The notes beneath the pieces are model-generated. The model did no database searches and was not told the origin of the DNA. It worked only from the letters and a program-made list of their open reading frames with translations. Made by a program: the position numbers and the translations under genes. From Macrostomum lignano (lineage: Eukaryota), in NCBI GenBank assembly GCA_002269645.1, contig NIVC01001912.1:1-64000 (forward strand): a DNA stretch of 64,000 nucleotides, read 5' to 3'. Numbering within the stretch: the stretch's first letter is position 1; every line of letters starts with the position of its first letter. Of the stretch, positions 18,303-36,806 are shown piece after piece.

Positions 18303-21300
18303 GGCTGACCAGGCTAAAATAGTAAATAAATAGTAAACAAGTGCATAAAATACTTCAAAAAATAGAATAACCAACAAAGTTACAATAGGATAAATCATGC
18401 TTTTTTAAAATAATACTTGTAGATTATTATTAAAAACATGACATCTTGAAAAAATGCATGTACAAAGCCTGATTTTAAACAAAGTTTTATGCCCATAGCC
18501 TTTTTAATAAATGAAACTAGAAAAGCATCAAGTTTTAAGTTATTACAAAAAATCACATATTTGGTGGGACACAAAAGGAGATGTTTTTTCAATAAAAATC
18601 AATGAATGAAAACTTTTGTATGTTTTTTATTTATTATGAAATTTATTTAGTAATACTATCATTATAAAATAGTTAAAATTATGTTCAAAGATACCAAAAA
18701 GATGAAGCTTTCATTGAAGGCATTACAATACTTAGCTAAACTTAGCCAAGTACCTAGCTAAAAAATTTTAAAACTATATACTAATTTATATTCTATCAAA
18801 AAGCCATTTGATATTTTTCAAATAGAATTGCATGATGTCTAAGTTGTAGCCAATTGAATCTACTACCTATCCAACTATGTATATTAGTGGTCCTCTAATG
18901 ATAAATACTTTATTGCATGTTCTAGTTAAGTTAAATGAATCATAAAGCATTGCATTGCCTCACCTCTGCCTCAGCATTACCTCATCTCTGCCTCAGCATA
19001 GTTACTTTTCAAGTCTACTATTGGTTCAATACTCTATAATGCTACTTGTATGCAATTCTATAATTTTATTAACCCAGACAGATTTAAATACCAAAAATAC
19101 TGATTTTACCTTTTATTTGATTTATTTATTTACTTGAACTATTGATATAACAAAGATAATATAATATCTAATATTTAGAATTAGCAAATTCATATTACAA
19201 CTCCTTTGTATTTCATATGCTTCAGAATGAATTGTATACCTTTAGTTAGATAATACTAATTAAAGAGCACTAAACCCTAAAATAGCATTTATTAGATAGC
19301 AAAAGCATTGTTATACCCTATAATGCCTTTTGGATAGAAATTATACCTTCTATATATAGACTACTATGTTATATTATACTACTTTACTATATTAGCTTAA
19401 ATAAAAATGATATTCTTAAGAATAAACTATACTTATTTTTATTATTAAAGATATTGTCTTTTTGCTAAAAATAAAAAAATTCAGAAGCCTTTTTAGGCCA
19501 ATACCTTGACATATATAGTGTAGATAGCACAGTATAAAATATAGTAATGTAGCAAAATAGTATAGTGCAATATTGAGTGTGTTAAAAAAACTATATTTAA
19601 GTATTTATAAACTTTTTAAAACATATGGTAGATATTATAGACTATGGTTTAGAATAATAGCTATGCCTTTAGACATTTAAGTAATAATACTATTACTAAT
19701 AGTCCAATTTAACTTGGTTTATATATTTATATACTATTATAAACAATTTTTTTTATCAATATATATTAATAATGAATAAAATTTCTTTAACTTTCAGAAA
19801 AAACATTAAACAAAGCATTAACAATGAATTTTTAATACAAATCTATTAGTCTATTAATTACAAAAACTTTAACTAGCTTTATCCAATGTTGCCACTCAAG
19901 CTAGAATAAATATTTACACAGAGGATCAAATTTATATAGAAGACAAGACTGCCCTTTTTTATTCATAAGTTGATATGGCAGAAAATCAATATAATGTTTT
20001 ACACTTTTGATAAGTCCATTGATTATATAATAGTGCAACTAGTATTTTTGCTTTAGGTTTATCAATTGAATTATTAGTATAATTGGGTCATTCTATAATA
20101 GGGTCCCATCATGTTTTTAAACTTTAAGCACTTTTTACAATTGTAACTTTTGAACCATAATAGATAGAACAAAGCTGCAAAAAGCAATCTATGTCAAACT
20201 TCTAGTTCTTTATTTTTTATATAGCTGCTTATAAATTCTAAAACAATTGAATACATAGCAGATCATACACTATGCAGATAGTCATTTGGTAATAAAAAAC
20301 AATTATATATAATACATAAAGTATAAATATATTCTTACTAAAAATACTAACATATATAAGTATTAATATATATATAATTTAGTAGTATAAAGCAGTGTTT
20401 TTTTACTAGAAAGGAACTATTGCTATGTGTATTGATATATTATATTATTATAACATATATATATATATAACATATATATATGACTATGTTGTAATAACAT
20501 TTTACAACATTACATAGCATAACATACAGCATATATAGCAAATACATTTTGCTTCTTGATTTAAACTATAATAGTATAACAATAGGTTAATAAGATGGAG
20601 TATTAGAATATAGAATAGAATATAGAAGATTATGGGATAGAATATATAAGGCACATTGAAAGATAGAGTGACTATTTTGCTTGTATAGAAAAAATAATTT
20701 TTTTTCATTTTTGTACATTTGTACAAAATTAAAAAAAAGTGTTATGCAGGAGTAGCAATATTTGTTTATTATTTAATTATGTAAGCCACTCAGCCAAATA
20801 ATAGGTCTATTACAACTAATAAAAATTGTTTAATTTAAACTATAATATGAACATTTCATTTCAAGGGTTTCAACCCACTTTGGTGAAAGAATTTTGGCAA
20901 GAGTTTAGTACCAATAAAAAAACTTGTGCAATGACCATTTTGTCTAAAGCTGACCATTTAGGCAAAAGATTTAGTCCAGGCTTTGCTGAAGAGTTTTTGT
21001 TGTTTTAAAAGAAAGTTAAAAAGAAAAACGGCAAACTAGTTTACTTTGTTATATTCCAACCCTTGAATAGAGGGCAAAATAATTTAATGCACTAAACTAG
21101 AACTATGCCCTATAATTTATATTATTTATTAATATTAGGCCCTTATACAAAAATATTTTTAGTTTTATATAAATTATAGCTATACATTCTAGCATTCATT
21201 TACTCTTAGGCTATCCTAAGCTATGCTTTTCTGAACATTTAATGATTGCTAAACAACTGAACAATGTGATTTGGCACAAATTTATTGAATATAATGGACG

Positions 21301-24300
21301 TGTCAACTCAGCACAATTTAGTTCAGGCACAATTTCATTCCACGAATAAATTATAAACTAACAGTCCAACACTAACAGGATACGCCAAGAATGAAATCTT
21401 TCTAAATAAAACAATTATAAGAGCAACATAAAGAAAGAGTGGTCGGCTGTGAATTTTTTGTAAATTTTATTTTCTTGATTGATCTCAATTTCATAGTTCA
21501 TCTACTTTGAACTTTATTCTCACTTCTGGGCGGCGATGATTAACTAAATCATCCTGCTGCTACTACTATTATTTGATTCGCGTCTTAGAATAAATGATAC
21601 GACTCAAAAAAATCTTTTCGGCTTTTGAATCAGAAAAAAATTATAGTTATATAACGCTTGCTTTTTTACTTCATGAATTTGGCTACATTTAGTTTAAATT
21701 TAAACTTTTAAGTACGGATGTTTTATTGACAGTTTTTGTTTTAAATTGTTCCAATAATTTTTTGTATCGTATGCTTGAAATTTCAAAGCTTCAGAGGACA
21801 TTTCAAAACCTGGCAGGCGGGCACTGTGTGACGAATAAGGCGAATAAGACGGATTTGTGTAGCGGTTAATTTAGATAGTTCACGATTAGTTAGCAGATCG
21901 GCAAGCCGCTTCAACCCTTAGACTTTTGCTAGTGCTACTTAAAATTGCTGGATCAGTTAATTAACTAATTGGTGTGCCAAGGTAGAAGGCGGAAGAGTTG
22001 GTGTAAGGAGGCCAGACAGCGTCACAGCTAAGGGTTAGCGAGCCTAGGTCTAGAAGCGAAGCAAGGGGAAGGGCGAGAGCGGCTGCTGACTGCAGTGTAA
22101 GCATATATTTAAAGGTAAACAGATAACAACAACACCCTTAATCCAAAACCCAGACAAACAACCCCCCCCCCCACGCGGCGCGCAATGTACATGTACAAAT
22201 TAATCGATAAATATATCAAGCAAGAATAACATGTCAGTACAAGTACATAGGTAGAACTACTTTACGAGAAATAATAACGATATGAATGAAATACAAATAA
22301 TAGAATAAATACATACGAGGCTACAAAAACAAAGCAATTAACAGTAAAAATAGCGCGATAATAATACGTACGAATATTGTTAAAATAAATGAAAGAATAC
22401 GGTATGCATATGAAAATAAAGAAATACGATACACGCTTCTACGAATCACACTGTCCCAACTGGAGCATTTCTTTGACTGCAAGCTGGCTATCTCTGGTAG
22501 ATGCCTGGCCACGGAGGACCTGTCAGTGGGCATAGTCTAGATATGTAGGCGTGCTCACGCTCGGTCCCAGGAGGTGCGCCAGCTAGATGTGACGCTACCA
22601 GAAATAGTAAGTAATAAGAAACACAAGAAGCGAAATCGATAAAATTGAACTGGATCTGAACAGAATCTCGGCTAGTAGGATATAAACACACACATGCCAT
22701 GTATGGCCAGCTTTATTCCGTGTGTAAGCCTCATGCAATTCTGGAGCAGATCGAAGAGCAGGAACATCGCTTCGTACTTATTTCTGAGTTTATATACGAA
22801 TATTGACTGCCGAACCTAACTTGACTTGGTGGCTTCCCGGTCCGAAGAAGACGCAGCGCGGGGAGGCGAGCGCGCGGTCGATTGCCATGGCTTCCTCTGC
22901 CGCAGTCGAACCCACTAGACCATTAACTTAACCTAAACCGGCCATTACATTCGATGTAGCTTAACCTAAAAACTAACCTTTTATCTAATCCTATACATGT
23001 AAATCCGAACGTGAACCCTTATCCTAAACCTTAAGCCCAACCCGGCCTAATAATGTAAATGGTCGCAATCGAAATGTCGTGCTTTCTCTGCTTGAATTAA
23101 TGCACAATACTGCGTTTGCTTTCCTTTTCAACGAGACGAGAAGCGAGACGAACGAACTGCAAACAAAAACCGGGCCTGCAGATGATTTTACATGCATTGA
23201 ATAGGAGCCTGCATGATCATAGTGAGTCATATATATACAACCTTCGATCTAGTTCTCTATTATAGTTCTCTAAAGCTCACTCATCTCAAAAGCAAGTCTT
23301 TTTTCATGCAATTGAAGCGTTCTGCGTTTTTGTTCGATTTTCGGTTTTTCTGACATTCTACAGACTACACTGTACATGCCACCGCCTTCATTAATTCTAC
23401 TTTACATGTAACAGTGTACCGAAATGACTTTTGAGCTGTCTTTTGAAAATATAAATTAAATTTATGGTTAATTACTTCGTTTATTTAAGAAGCTTTCAGA
23501 TGAGGAACGAAATGGATTGGTATTCAATACTGTTATCAAAAAGGTAATTCAGACAGCTCAGCTCCATTAGCTCCAACTCGAATATTTAATTCGCTAAACG
23601 CGCTACATGCCTTAGCTATAATGCGTGAAGAATTGAATTAATGCTTGCATCTCGCACGGTTTCAAGTGCCAAATGAATCAAAGAGCAACTTGTTGAGCAT
23701 GGAGATGAACGAGAACGCGGGAGTCTTGGCTGATGAGGCCCTGAGCAGACGGTAATTGATTGACTTACTCGCGCTAAGACATTGTCAGAGACCATCGCGT
23801 GTTGCAGTGCAATACAAGGTAAATTCATTTAATTTCTTCATCCCCTCGCTAAGGTATGGCTAAGGATCGAAATGGCAGGTTTTTTTGCGGACAAGCCTCA
23901 AATTGAGAAGCATTCTGGAAATGCATCGGAAGAATGAAAGGGCTCGGTTATAATCAACAATTGATTTTGATATTTGGAATAAAAATGAGTACCATGACAC
24001 CAACTTGAGATACCTGTGTGTGATTGGAGGAGGCTGCATGGCCTTTTGATAACCGTTTTGATAATTCAACTAAATTCCAATTAGAACAAAAAATGGACAT
24101 GTTAAACAAATCGTTAAACACCCCGATAAACGTATTTTAAACTCCTTAAACGGCCTAAAGGCAAGAGGCAAGTCTATACAGTGTACTTTAGGGATGCATA
24201 AGGGTGTTTAATGATTGTTTAAAAATGCCGCCGTTGGCGAAAATTTCAAATTGGAATAAATCGAAAACCAAAACATATCGTGAAAGTCCTTCTAATAATC

Positions 24301-24864
24301 TATTGAAAGAATTTCAATGTTTTATTGTAATTGGATAAGGACTCAAGTGCACATTGATTTTATCTTTGAGGAGCAATGAGAGCAAATTTGTGTTATTACG
24401 TCATTGGTGTTGCGTGCGGTGGGTGCGTTATTTAATCTCTTGAATCAAGTTACAACATGCAGCCACTTAACTGATTTAAACGCATTTATAGAATCGAGCT
24501 ACTTTTAGTAGTTTTAATAGAACATTATAATCAGAGTTGGGAATTCGCAAACAAATAGCGCTTGATTATCGCAATTTTAGACAATCGGACGCAATTTTAA
24601 AGACACGCAAGTGTAGTATAAGTTTCTAAAGGTCTTTTTAGCAATACTTGACTGATTATAGCCCCCCTTACTTGGCGCCAAGTCCCAAATCAGTTTATAC
24701 CGTTGGCCTAGAGAGTTCGTTCGTATACGAGCTATGAGCCTAATAGCGAAATTGAATCTCAATCTAATCTTACCGAACACTGTGTACTTTTTGTTTGAAT
24801 GCACCCAAGCTGCTAGTCAAGAAGCACGAACTAAGAGAGAAGAGTTTTCAGGTGCCACATTCGG

Positions 24865-26764
24865 TCAGTCAGCGTCTTGGGATTGCGAACTCTGTCCAAG
24901 GAGGGCAACTGTCGAGATTTCGCCAACTTGGATTGTTGCGTCTTCAGCGTAGATCTCCACGGCGCCTGCACCGTCCGACTGTTCCGCATTGTCGTTGGCT
25001 TCAACATTCTCGCCCGCTTCAGCCGGGTTGATCACGCCGCTCAGCAATGAGTTCTGCTGTCTTAGCGCGCTGTGCTCGAGCCCGACTGCACCGCGCTGGG
25101 ACCGACGACACCGTTGAAGCGCCTGCCGAATGTCGGCTCGCAGAGCCAGGTAGATGGCTGGTTTGGCCACCAGCATCGCGGAGGTGCAGATGGCGGAGCA
25201 GAGGCCCAGAGCCAGGAGTGGCACGCTGCCGCGCTGGCTAGAAGGCGCCTGGGCAAAGTAGGCAGTGAGCAGCAGCGACTGCGGCAGGCTCAGCAGGTGC
25301 GCCAGGCACAGCCAGAGTGTCAGCTTAACCAGCTGTCGTTGTCGCTGCGCCTCAGGCTGCTGCTCTTGCTGATTGTCCCGCTGTTGAGCTCTGGTGTGTA
25401 AGCATGTCAGCTTGGTAATTAGCGATGTACAGTAAAACAGGATTACCGGAGGAATGACCAAGACTGTTTGATGCTGGTAGGGGTTGAGGCAGCGCCATGA
25501 AACCTGGTTTGCCGTGTGATTCAACCCCAAGGCACAGAGAGTGCCCTGTGTGAGCTGTGTATGAGTGCGTGCCTGAGTACAGTATTGACGCGCTTGCATG
25601 TGCTCAGAAGTCAGCGGAATGGGCAGAATTGCCTCTCCGCTGGTTGTGGGACGATGTCGATATAATTTTATAGGGTTTGATGCTATGCAAACGGAAGCAC
25701 TTCATTGACTCATGGTGAGTCAACTTTCACCAGTTCCAGCTCTCCGCACAACTGAGATCTTGAGGATTACTAACTCAAACGCACTTGAGTTCACAAACTT
25801 ACTCAGCTAGAGATTGCTGGTGCTGCAGTTGCTGCAACGGCTGCACCGTTGGCCAGCTGCGGTAGAGGAAATAGGCAGCCAGGCTCAGCGGCAGCAGCTG
25901 CGTGGCGGCAGACAGACTGAACAGAATCCAGCCAATAGAGGCCTGGTCAGTAAGCAGGACGGGCAGGGCCACGGTAAGCCCGCTGGCAAAGCTGAATGCC
26001 AGTATGCGGCACTCGCTGAGCACCAGGAACCAGATGTTGGCGCCCAGCGCTAAGAAGGCCAGCAGACTGGGGAACATGAAGATGCCGCACGGCGCTGAGC
26101 CAATCAGCCGTTCGCAGGCGCGCCGATCGGCGAATCTGGCCAAGCCGCCTAGCATGAGGGCGTTCATACTGAGGCAGGACTGCCCGATGTACATGCGAAA
26201 CCGGCACTGCAGAGCCGGTCCGAGAGCTTCAACTATGCCCATCGGGCTGTTTCCATCACCAGTTGCCACCGCGGCAGTTGCTCCTGGTAGCAACGGTGCC
26301 AGGTAGTCGCTAGCCAAGTAGTTCAACGCAAGCGCCATGTCGGAGATGGCATTGGCGCAGATTCCGATGACGCCAATATCCGTGAGCCGGATTCGGCCAA
26401 TGTGGAGCAGCCAAAGCACCAGGCCGTTCAGAAACAGCGAGGTCAGCAGCACGGCAGCTAGGAGGACAAAGACGGAAGCTGAGGATTTCCCGCCGGAGCC
26501 GAACCACAGCGCCGAGCTGGGCATCCCGTGACACGTGACGCCGTCGTCGACGGAGCTGAGGAGCTCGCGGGAGTCTTCGCTGTCCAACGGCTCGTGACAG
26601 CGTAGCAACGGCGTTAAGGAGCGCAGCAACATCCGCGTTAAAGCCTCCCTTCGACTGGAACTTTGCATGGCTTTGGCTTCTCTGTGCGCTTCGGCGTCCA
26701 GCTGGTTGGTAACTGCCAGTGCTGTAGTTGAACTTGCGGATTCTGACGTCGATGGATTGAGCAT
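24865..26764 (-). CDS. Divergent class A-like GPCR, two exons (25803..26764, 24865..25390)
   Basis: Multiple hydrophobic helices; TM7-like AKPAIYLALRADIR (NPxxY-like plus helix 8); GTAAGT donor and CAG acceptor join in frame (SLAE-AQQR). Confidence 0.65.
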
Positions 26765-27186
26765 TTGGGACGCGCGATGTATGGAGAATAAAGTAAAGAT
26801 GGTAGGGAAAAAAAGCGGAGAGACGAGATAGAACTGGGTGGGTGAATTTTCTCAGTCGCTCATTGGCTCTGAGGCTGAGGAATGCACTGCTGTATGAGTG
26901 TGCAGAGGAAGAGAGGGCTCTAGAAGCCAAATGACTAGCATTCATTGCCGTCACAGCCTCCTTTTAGGCTTTGATTTTGCCTGAATTCGCATTTCGCTTT
27001 TTGAAACAAAAAGAATTAAATGCTACAGAGGCACTGTTGCAGCCACTAAATATGAAATCGAATTGAGATTGCTTTTCTACATTTAATAGTATTGCTCAGC
27101 TCTAACCTAACGGAGCTTGCGAAGAAGGAAATGAGAGGCAGTCGCTGAGGATTAGAGGAAGTGACACTGCACCTGCTCCTGAAATA

Positions 27187-27348
27187 AGTGACTGGCAACA
27201 GGGGCAACCTGGATGGAGCAGGGAGTCAAATCCCTGCAATCAGTGACTGGCAACAGGGGCAACCTGGATGGAGCAGGGAGGCAGATCCCTGCAATCAGTG
27301 ACTGGCAACAGGGGCAACCTGGATGGAACAGGGAGGCAGATCCCTGTC
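27187..27348. repeat. 55-bp tandem repeat (~3 copies)
   Basis: agtgactggcaacaggggcaacctggatgg... starts at 27187, 27242 and 27297. Confidence 0.9.
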
Positions 27349-28149
27349 TCCCACTTAAAAACCCTTAAAAGAGAGTCGAGGAGCCAAAAAGTACAGGGCA
27401 GATCCCGATGCAGAAGTTTGGGTTCCACCATGCCAGCTAATTTCAATTCCAGCTGCGTATACCACACCGCATCGCTTCCTTTGAACTCAGCCGGGGTTGT
27501 TGAGCTGAGCGGGGGCTGTGGGAGATTTTTCTTCCCAGCTATTTTATTTTCCCTGCCAAGCGTGAACTGCAGCTCTCTGCTAAACCAAAACCGAGTCCTT
27601 CAATTCTCTGAGCTTTGCTGTGTGTTTTTTTACGAATGACCAAATTGAAGCAATATGGGATGGAATGAGGAGAGCATCGCACTGCACGCAATCTGCAGCT
27701 ATCTAAATAGGCAGCTCAGCATCCCTGAAGCATCATCCCATCTTTTTATTACATTCCGTGCCTCATCATATTATCATCATAATCGCCATATTGCTTCCTG
27801 GAATCCTTACCCACCTCTTAATGGCTAGTTGGCCTTAAGTGGAGACTTAAGTGCCCCTCCCCAACTACTCTGCCATCTACTCGTAAGTTATCATTTTTCC
27901 TACACATTTTTAGCCTACTAATCCATTACACAGCTTTGCTAACCTCATCAAACCTCAAACAAATCTCAACTTCTTCATGCCAAACAGCTTAGCATGCAAC
28001 TGAAGTATCATACTGATGCTCCCAGTGCTTCCTGCTTGCAAACCAGTGTTTGCACCAGAAATTGAAATTCATCTCTGCATTCAGTCATAAAGAGCTCTCC
28101 CTGCTTCCCTCTCTCAATCTCTCTCCCTGATTCTCTGGGAGAGTAGAAC

Positions 28150-30012
<1,863 letters not shown>

Positions 30013-30014
30013 AG

Positions 30015-32122
<2,108 letters not shown>

Positions 32123-32529
32123 CAGTTTCTCTCCCCACTTGTCTCTCCCCGTTCCTCTCTCCTTTGAACTGACAGGCATCGCTTATGCACTTTAGCTGAA
32201 TTGTTTCTGCAGGAGTCCCAGCTGCTGCTTTGAATGGCGGTCTTTTGCAATAATGCAATTTGCTTTTTACCTGTGCATTTTGTTCCCCACCTGTTACCAA
32301 TTTGTAAGGATGGGACTCCCCGCCATCCTATATGCGTTGCGTGTATTGACTTGACTGGCTCTGGCGATGCTAAAGTGAGTGATTGAGCGATTTAAAAGAG
32401 TGATTGTTTAAGTGGTTTACTATAGTAAAAGACTGCTGTGCTGGTAAATACTCTCTAATAACTCCGCTAAGGATGAGGGTATGCAAAGGTTGGTAAGAGA
32501 AAGCCTCAATCCCCCACGCTCTGAGGACT

Positions 32530-32870
<341 letters not shown>

Positions 32871-33489
32871 GTCAGCTAGGAGTGTGGCGGATCAGTCAAT
32901 CACTCCTGAATTAAATAATATTGGATCCGGGAAAATGCGTAGAAGAGAGTGCCAGTCACTGGCAATTAATTTAATTGGGAGTCGTAAAATATTAATCAGA
33001 GGTAATTGTCTTTGCCACTCGAAAAAAATCCTAAAAATGACTGGATTCTCATTCTTGCAGTCTGCAAATTGAAGCTTGTAAATTTGCTATGGTCAGTAGA
33101 CTCTCACTGATAACTCACAATGCTGGATTGCTGATTTTTAATGCCTTAGACAAAGTCTCGTCTTGTGAAGGAAATCGAAAAGGCCGAATTTGAGCAGTCT
33201 GGGAATCAGGACGCGCAGTCGAGGGACACAGGAGAAGTTTCACGTCGTCCTTAATTTTTTAACGAAAAGCTTGAAATGTTAGGAAAAAGGGTAAAACGGA
33301 GGCGGATTTTCTAAGAAACGCTGAGCCGAGTCAAATAACCGGCCTGATGCGGGCTGGCACGCATAGACTGGGGCAGAGACAGAGAATTCAATGACTGCTT
33401 CTCGCGCTCCTTTCTCTTTCAAAGGCAGCCAAGTCAGGCCAATACAGAAAGCTGGCTTTGATCTGTAACAGCGGAATTAAGGATCCATG

Positions 33490-33848
<359 letters not shown>

Positions 33849-34175
33849 TCAATTGAATTGTGAAAAGCCAGCGTGTTTCCGCAAGTGACTTTTGCTGCAT
33901 AATACACATTTGGCAATATCCGGGGTCTCACAGATGACGAGGAGTGTTGCACGCACTTTATGCATCGATCGATCTACACTTACTTATTGCCTTTCTACTC
34001 TGTTACTGATATAAACTTTCCAGACTTCCAGTCCCAAAAGTCTGAATATTGAAGTGTTGCTTTTATACTATAGTTCTATTTGATTCGCCACAATTGATCA
34101 CTATAGTTCGTGCTGTAACATGAAAGGCATGCTCTGGAAATTCTACTTTGTCGGCTAGAGAAATGAAGCTAACAT

Positions 34176-34270
34176 ACTCGTAGCATAGCAGTCTAGGGAA
34201 CAGACTCGTAACATAGTGCAGTCTAGGGAACAGACTCGTAGCATAGCAGTCTAGGGAACAGACTCGTAGC
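34176..34270. repeat. ~28-bp tandem repeat (3 copies)
   Basis: actcgtagcatagcagtctagggaacag. Confidence 0.85.
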
Positions 34271-36806
34271 TGAACAAGACTGTAGATGATTTAATTAATC
34301 TTCTAAAAAGTTTTTAATGGAATTTTTCCTACAGAAGTTTGCAGAGACTGCGACTGAGACATCTCATTGGATTTTCTTCTTGTTCCTTGCAATTTCCCTT
34401 GGGAGGGCAGGTGGGTGGGGTTTCATTTAGTGAGCCAAATCCCGTGATGCGACAGATTTTTCTCAGACTAGTTGCGAATCTGGAGAGGATTAAATTTCCT
34501 AAACGAAAATTTTGGAAAAGATTTAATTTATAAGTCAATCTGCGTGAGATGCCAGAGGAGAACTCTTTCGAATTCACGCGACAACTTCGAGTACATACGC
34601 GAATGCTATTGCCACATTTAAATTACTGCCAAAGCTCGTGAAGTGGCACGAACTTGTTCTATTTTTGGTCAAGTATAAGAAAATCTGCATCATTAATTAT
34701 AGAATTAATATACTGTCTGTTAATACTCATTCATAGTCGCTAACTTGGTAATACTCCCTGCTCAACCTCTGCTCCTGATAACGACTCGTGTGCCCTCCCC
34801 CCCCCAACTACTACTGCGGATACGAGCAGCCGTGATTTACGACCTCCTGCAGTGCGCCTACCAGCGCCCGTCTGTCTACATGCTCATAATTTCCCCCCAA
34901 CCCGCGAGCCAGCCGCCCAACCTACTCATGCAGTGTCCTGCGGCCACCAACTTGACTCCACCACAAGCTGTCCGGACTCTTGGCTAAGTAATTCGTAGCG
35001 CAGATGGGGGCGAGCAGCATGTACCATGTACGAATGAATGAGAGGAGAGAAGCAAGGAAGAGCAGAGCTTGCAGAGCCGACCTCATTTCTGGTCTCATGG
35101 GGGCGGAGCTGCGGCTAATCGTCTCTCCAGCTTCCAGAAATCTGACAGTGTTTTTTTATTCTTCATCTTTTTTTCATCTGATTTCGCTGCTCAACGCTGG
35201 AGATGTCAAAGACACACACAGGCTGTTATAATGGACCCGACAGCCAAAGCATCTGTAGCTTTATTGTGTTATTTCATCATTTCGCACAATATATGAAACG
35301 CAGAAGCATAGAAAGCGGAACCAGATTAACAATTTCTTCATCGGGATAATGGCACCCAGGAAACGTTTCGGAAGCATGTAAAATCCCGCAGGGCATTTTT
35401 AATTCATGGCTTGCTAATATGATTTTTGGCGGCATAAATTCTTTATAAGCATACAGCCTACTGATAGTAGAGTTAATACTAACGGCAAATAAATCCAATG
35501 TATTTTAAAATTCGATCAAATTCATTCAATCCGAACTCGCAAGCTCATGGACAGCCACGAGACGGTGGACTGCCAATTTCGCTGCTGACCAGGTTTTTGC
35601 TGCAAATTGCATTAGCAAGAGATAGAGAGTTTGCAGCTCTTTAGCACTGAACTAGCATATAACTTTTGACCTTGTAAAGTCAATCTTGTGAAGAAAAATG
35701 ATGCTTAAAACAAAACAGCATCCGTCCTGAAAGCCAGCTATCTGGGCTAAGATATCAGCATCCTTTGATCTTCGGCATCAAAGCCTCCCTTTAAGCCACG
35801 GCTTAGCCCTAACTCTCTCTCTTTGATGCTTGGCCTACTAACAACTTCCAATTGACCCTTGACATCTCAGCAAAACCCCTTCAGCAATTTTTCCATGAGT
35901 CTTTTTACATCTCAGTTGTTTGCATGCCGAACCAGCGTATATCGAGATGCATGATCGATAATGACTGGTGAGCAGCTTCCAAGGAGGAAGAGACAGGAGA
36001 CATTTGGATCACTGAAGCAGTGACAGTGACTGTTTTATGTTTTTTAGCTTGCTTTTTTAGTCGTCTTTTTACTTTGGTTGTCAAGACAGAGAATATCTAT
36101 TATAGATATAGATATAACTTGTCCTTAGTACAATAGTACCTGCGAGTAGACTTACGTATATAGCACTGCTTCTTCTAATTTCTAACCCTAGCATGCTCCA
36201 CAAATTCGAACAGATTTCTTACTACACACACGTAAATTTTATTTCAGAGACCCATGGCAACTGTCTGCAAGCCACCTCTGTTTCATTCTCAATTATGTAT
36301 AGACTCAGCCAAAAATACACTTGCAGAGCTTCGCTGGCTTTTTTCACTGGTTTAATAGCATTTTAATACCCTGCAGCAAAGATGTGCTAAATACGAAAAG
36401 ATTCGAGTGCAGAACTTGCAGAAGCAAGTATAGTGCTAGTGGGGCGGATAGGAGCGACTGTGCAGAGAGAGTCTTGCAAAAGACCACACTATAGCCGATC
36501 AATTTGAGCACAAAGCGGGGCTGCGCACTCGTGAGCACAGTTTGAAGCAGGCCCCTCTCTCCCTGATCTCTTCTCTTTCCCATTGCCTGCTTGTTGTAGG
36601 CGTGCCCGTACAGCCTGACTGTCAGTCTTTCCTCTGCAGGTAAACCCGCTTCTCTCTTTATCTTGCAGCAGCCCCGCACTTGAGCGTGATGCTATTTATG
36701 CAGTCTCTACGCGTTCTATTTGATCTATAGCAACAAAAGCGAGACCATAGCTACATAGCGACGCAACTGCGCCAGTGTAAAATTGCACTATTGATAAGCA
36801 ACTCCG

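Noticed and set aside
24102-24222. Short imperfect inverted repeat (possible MITE)
   Set aside because: No TSD or second copy in the window; too weak to call.
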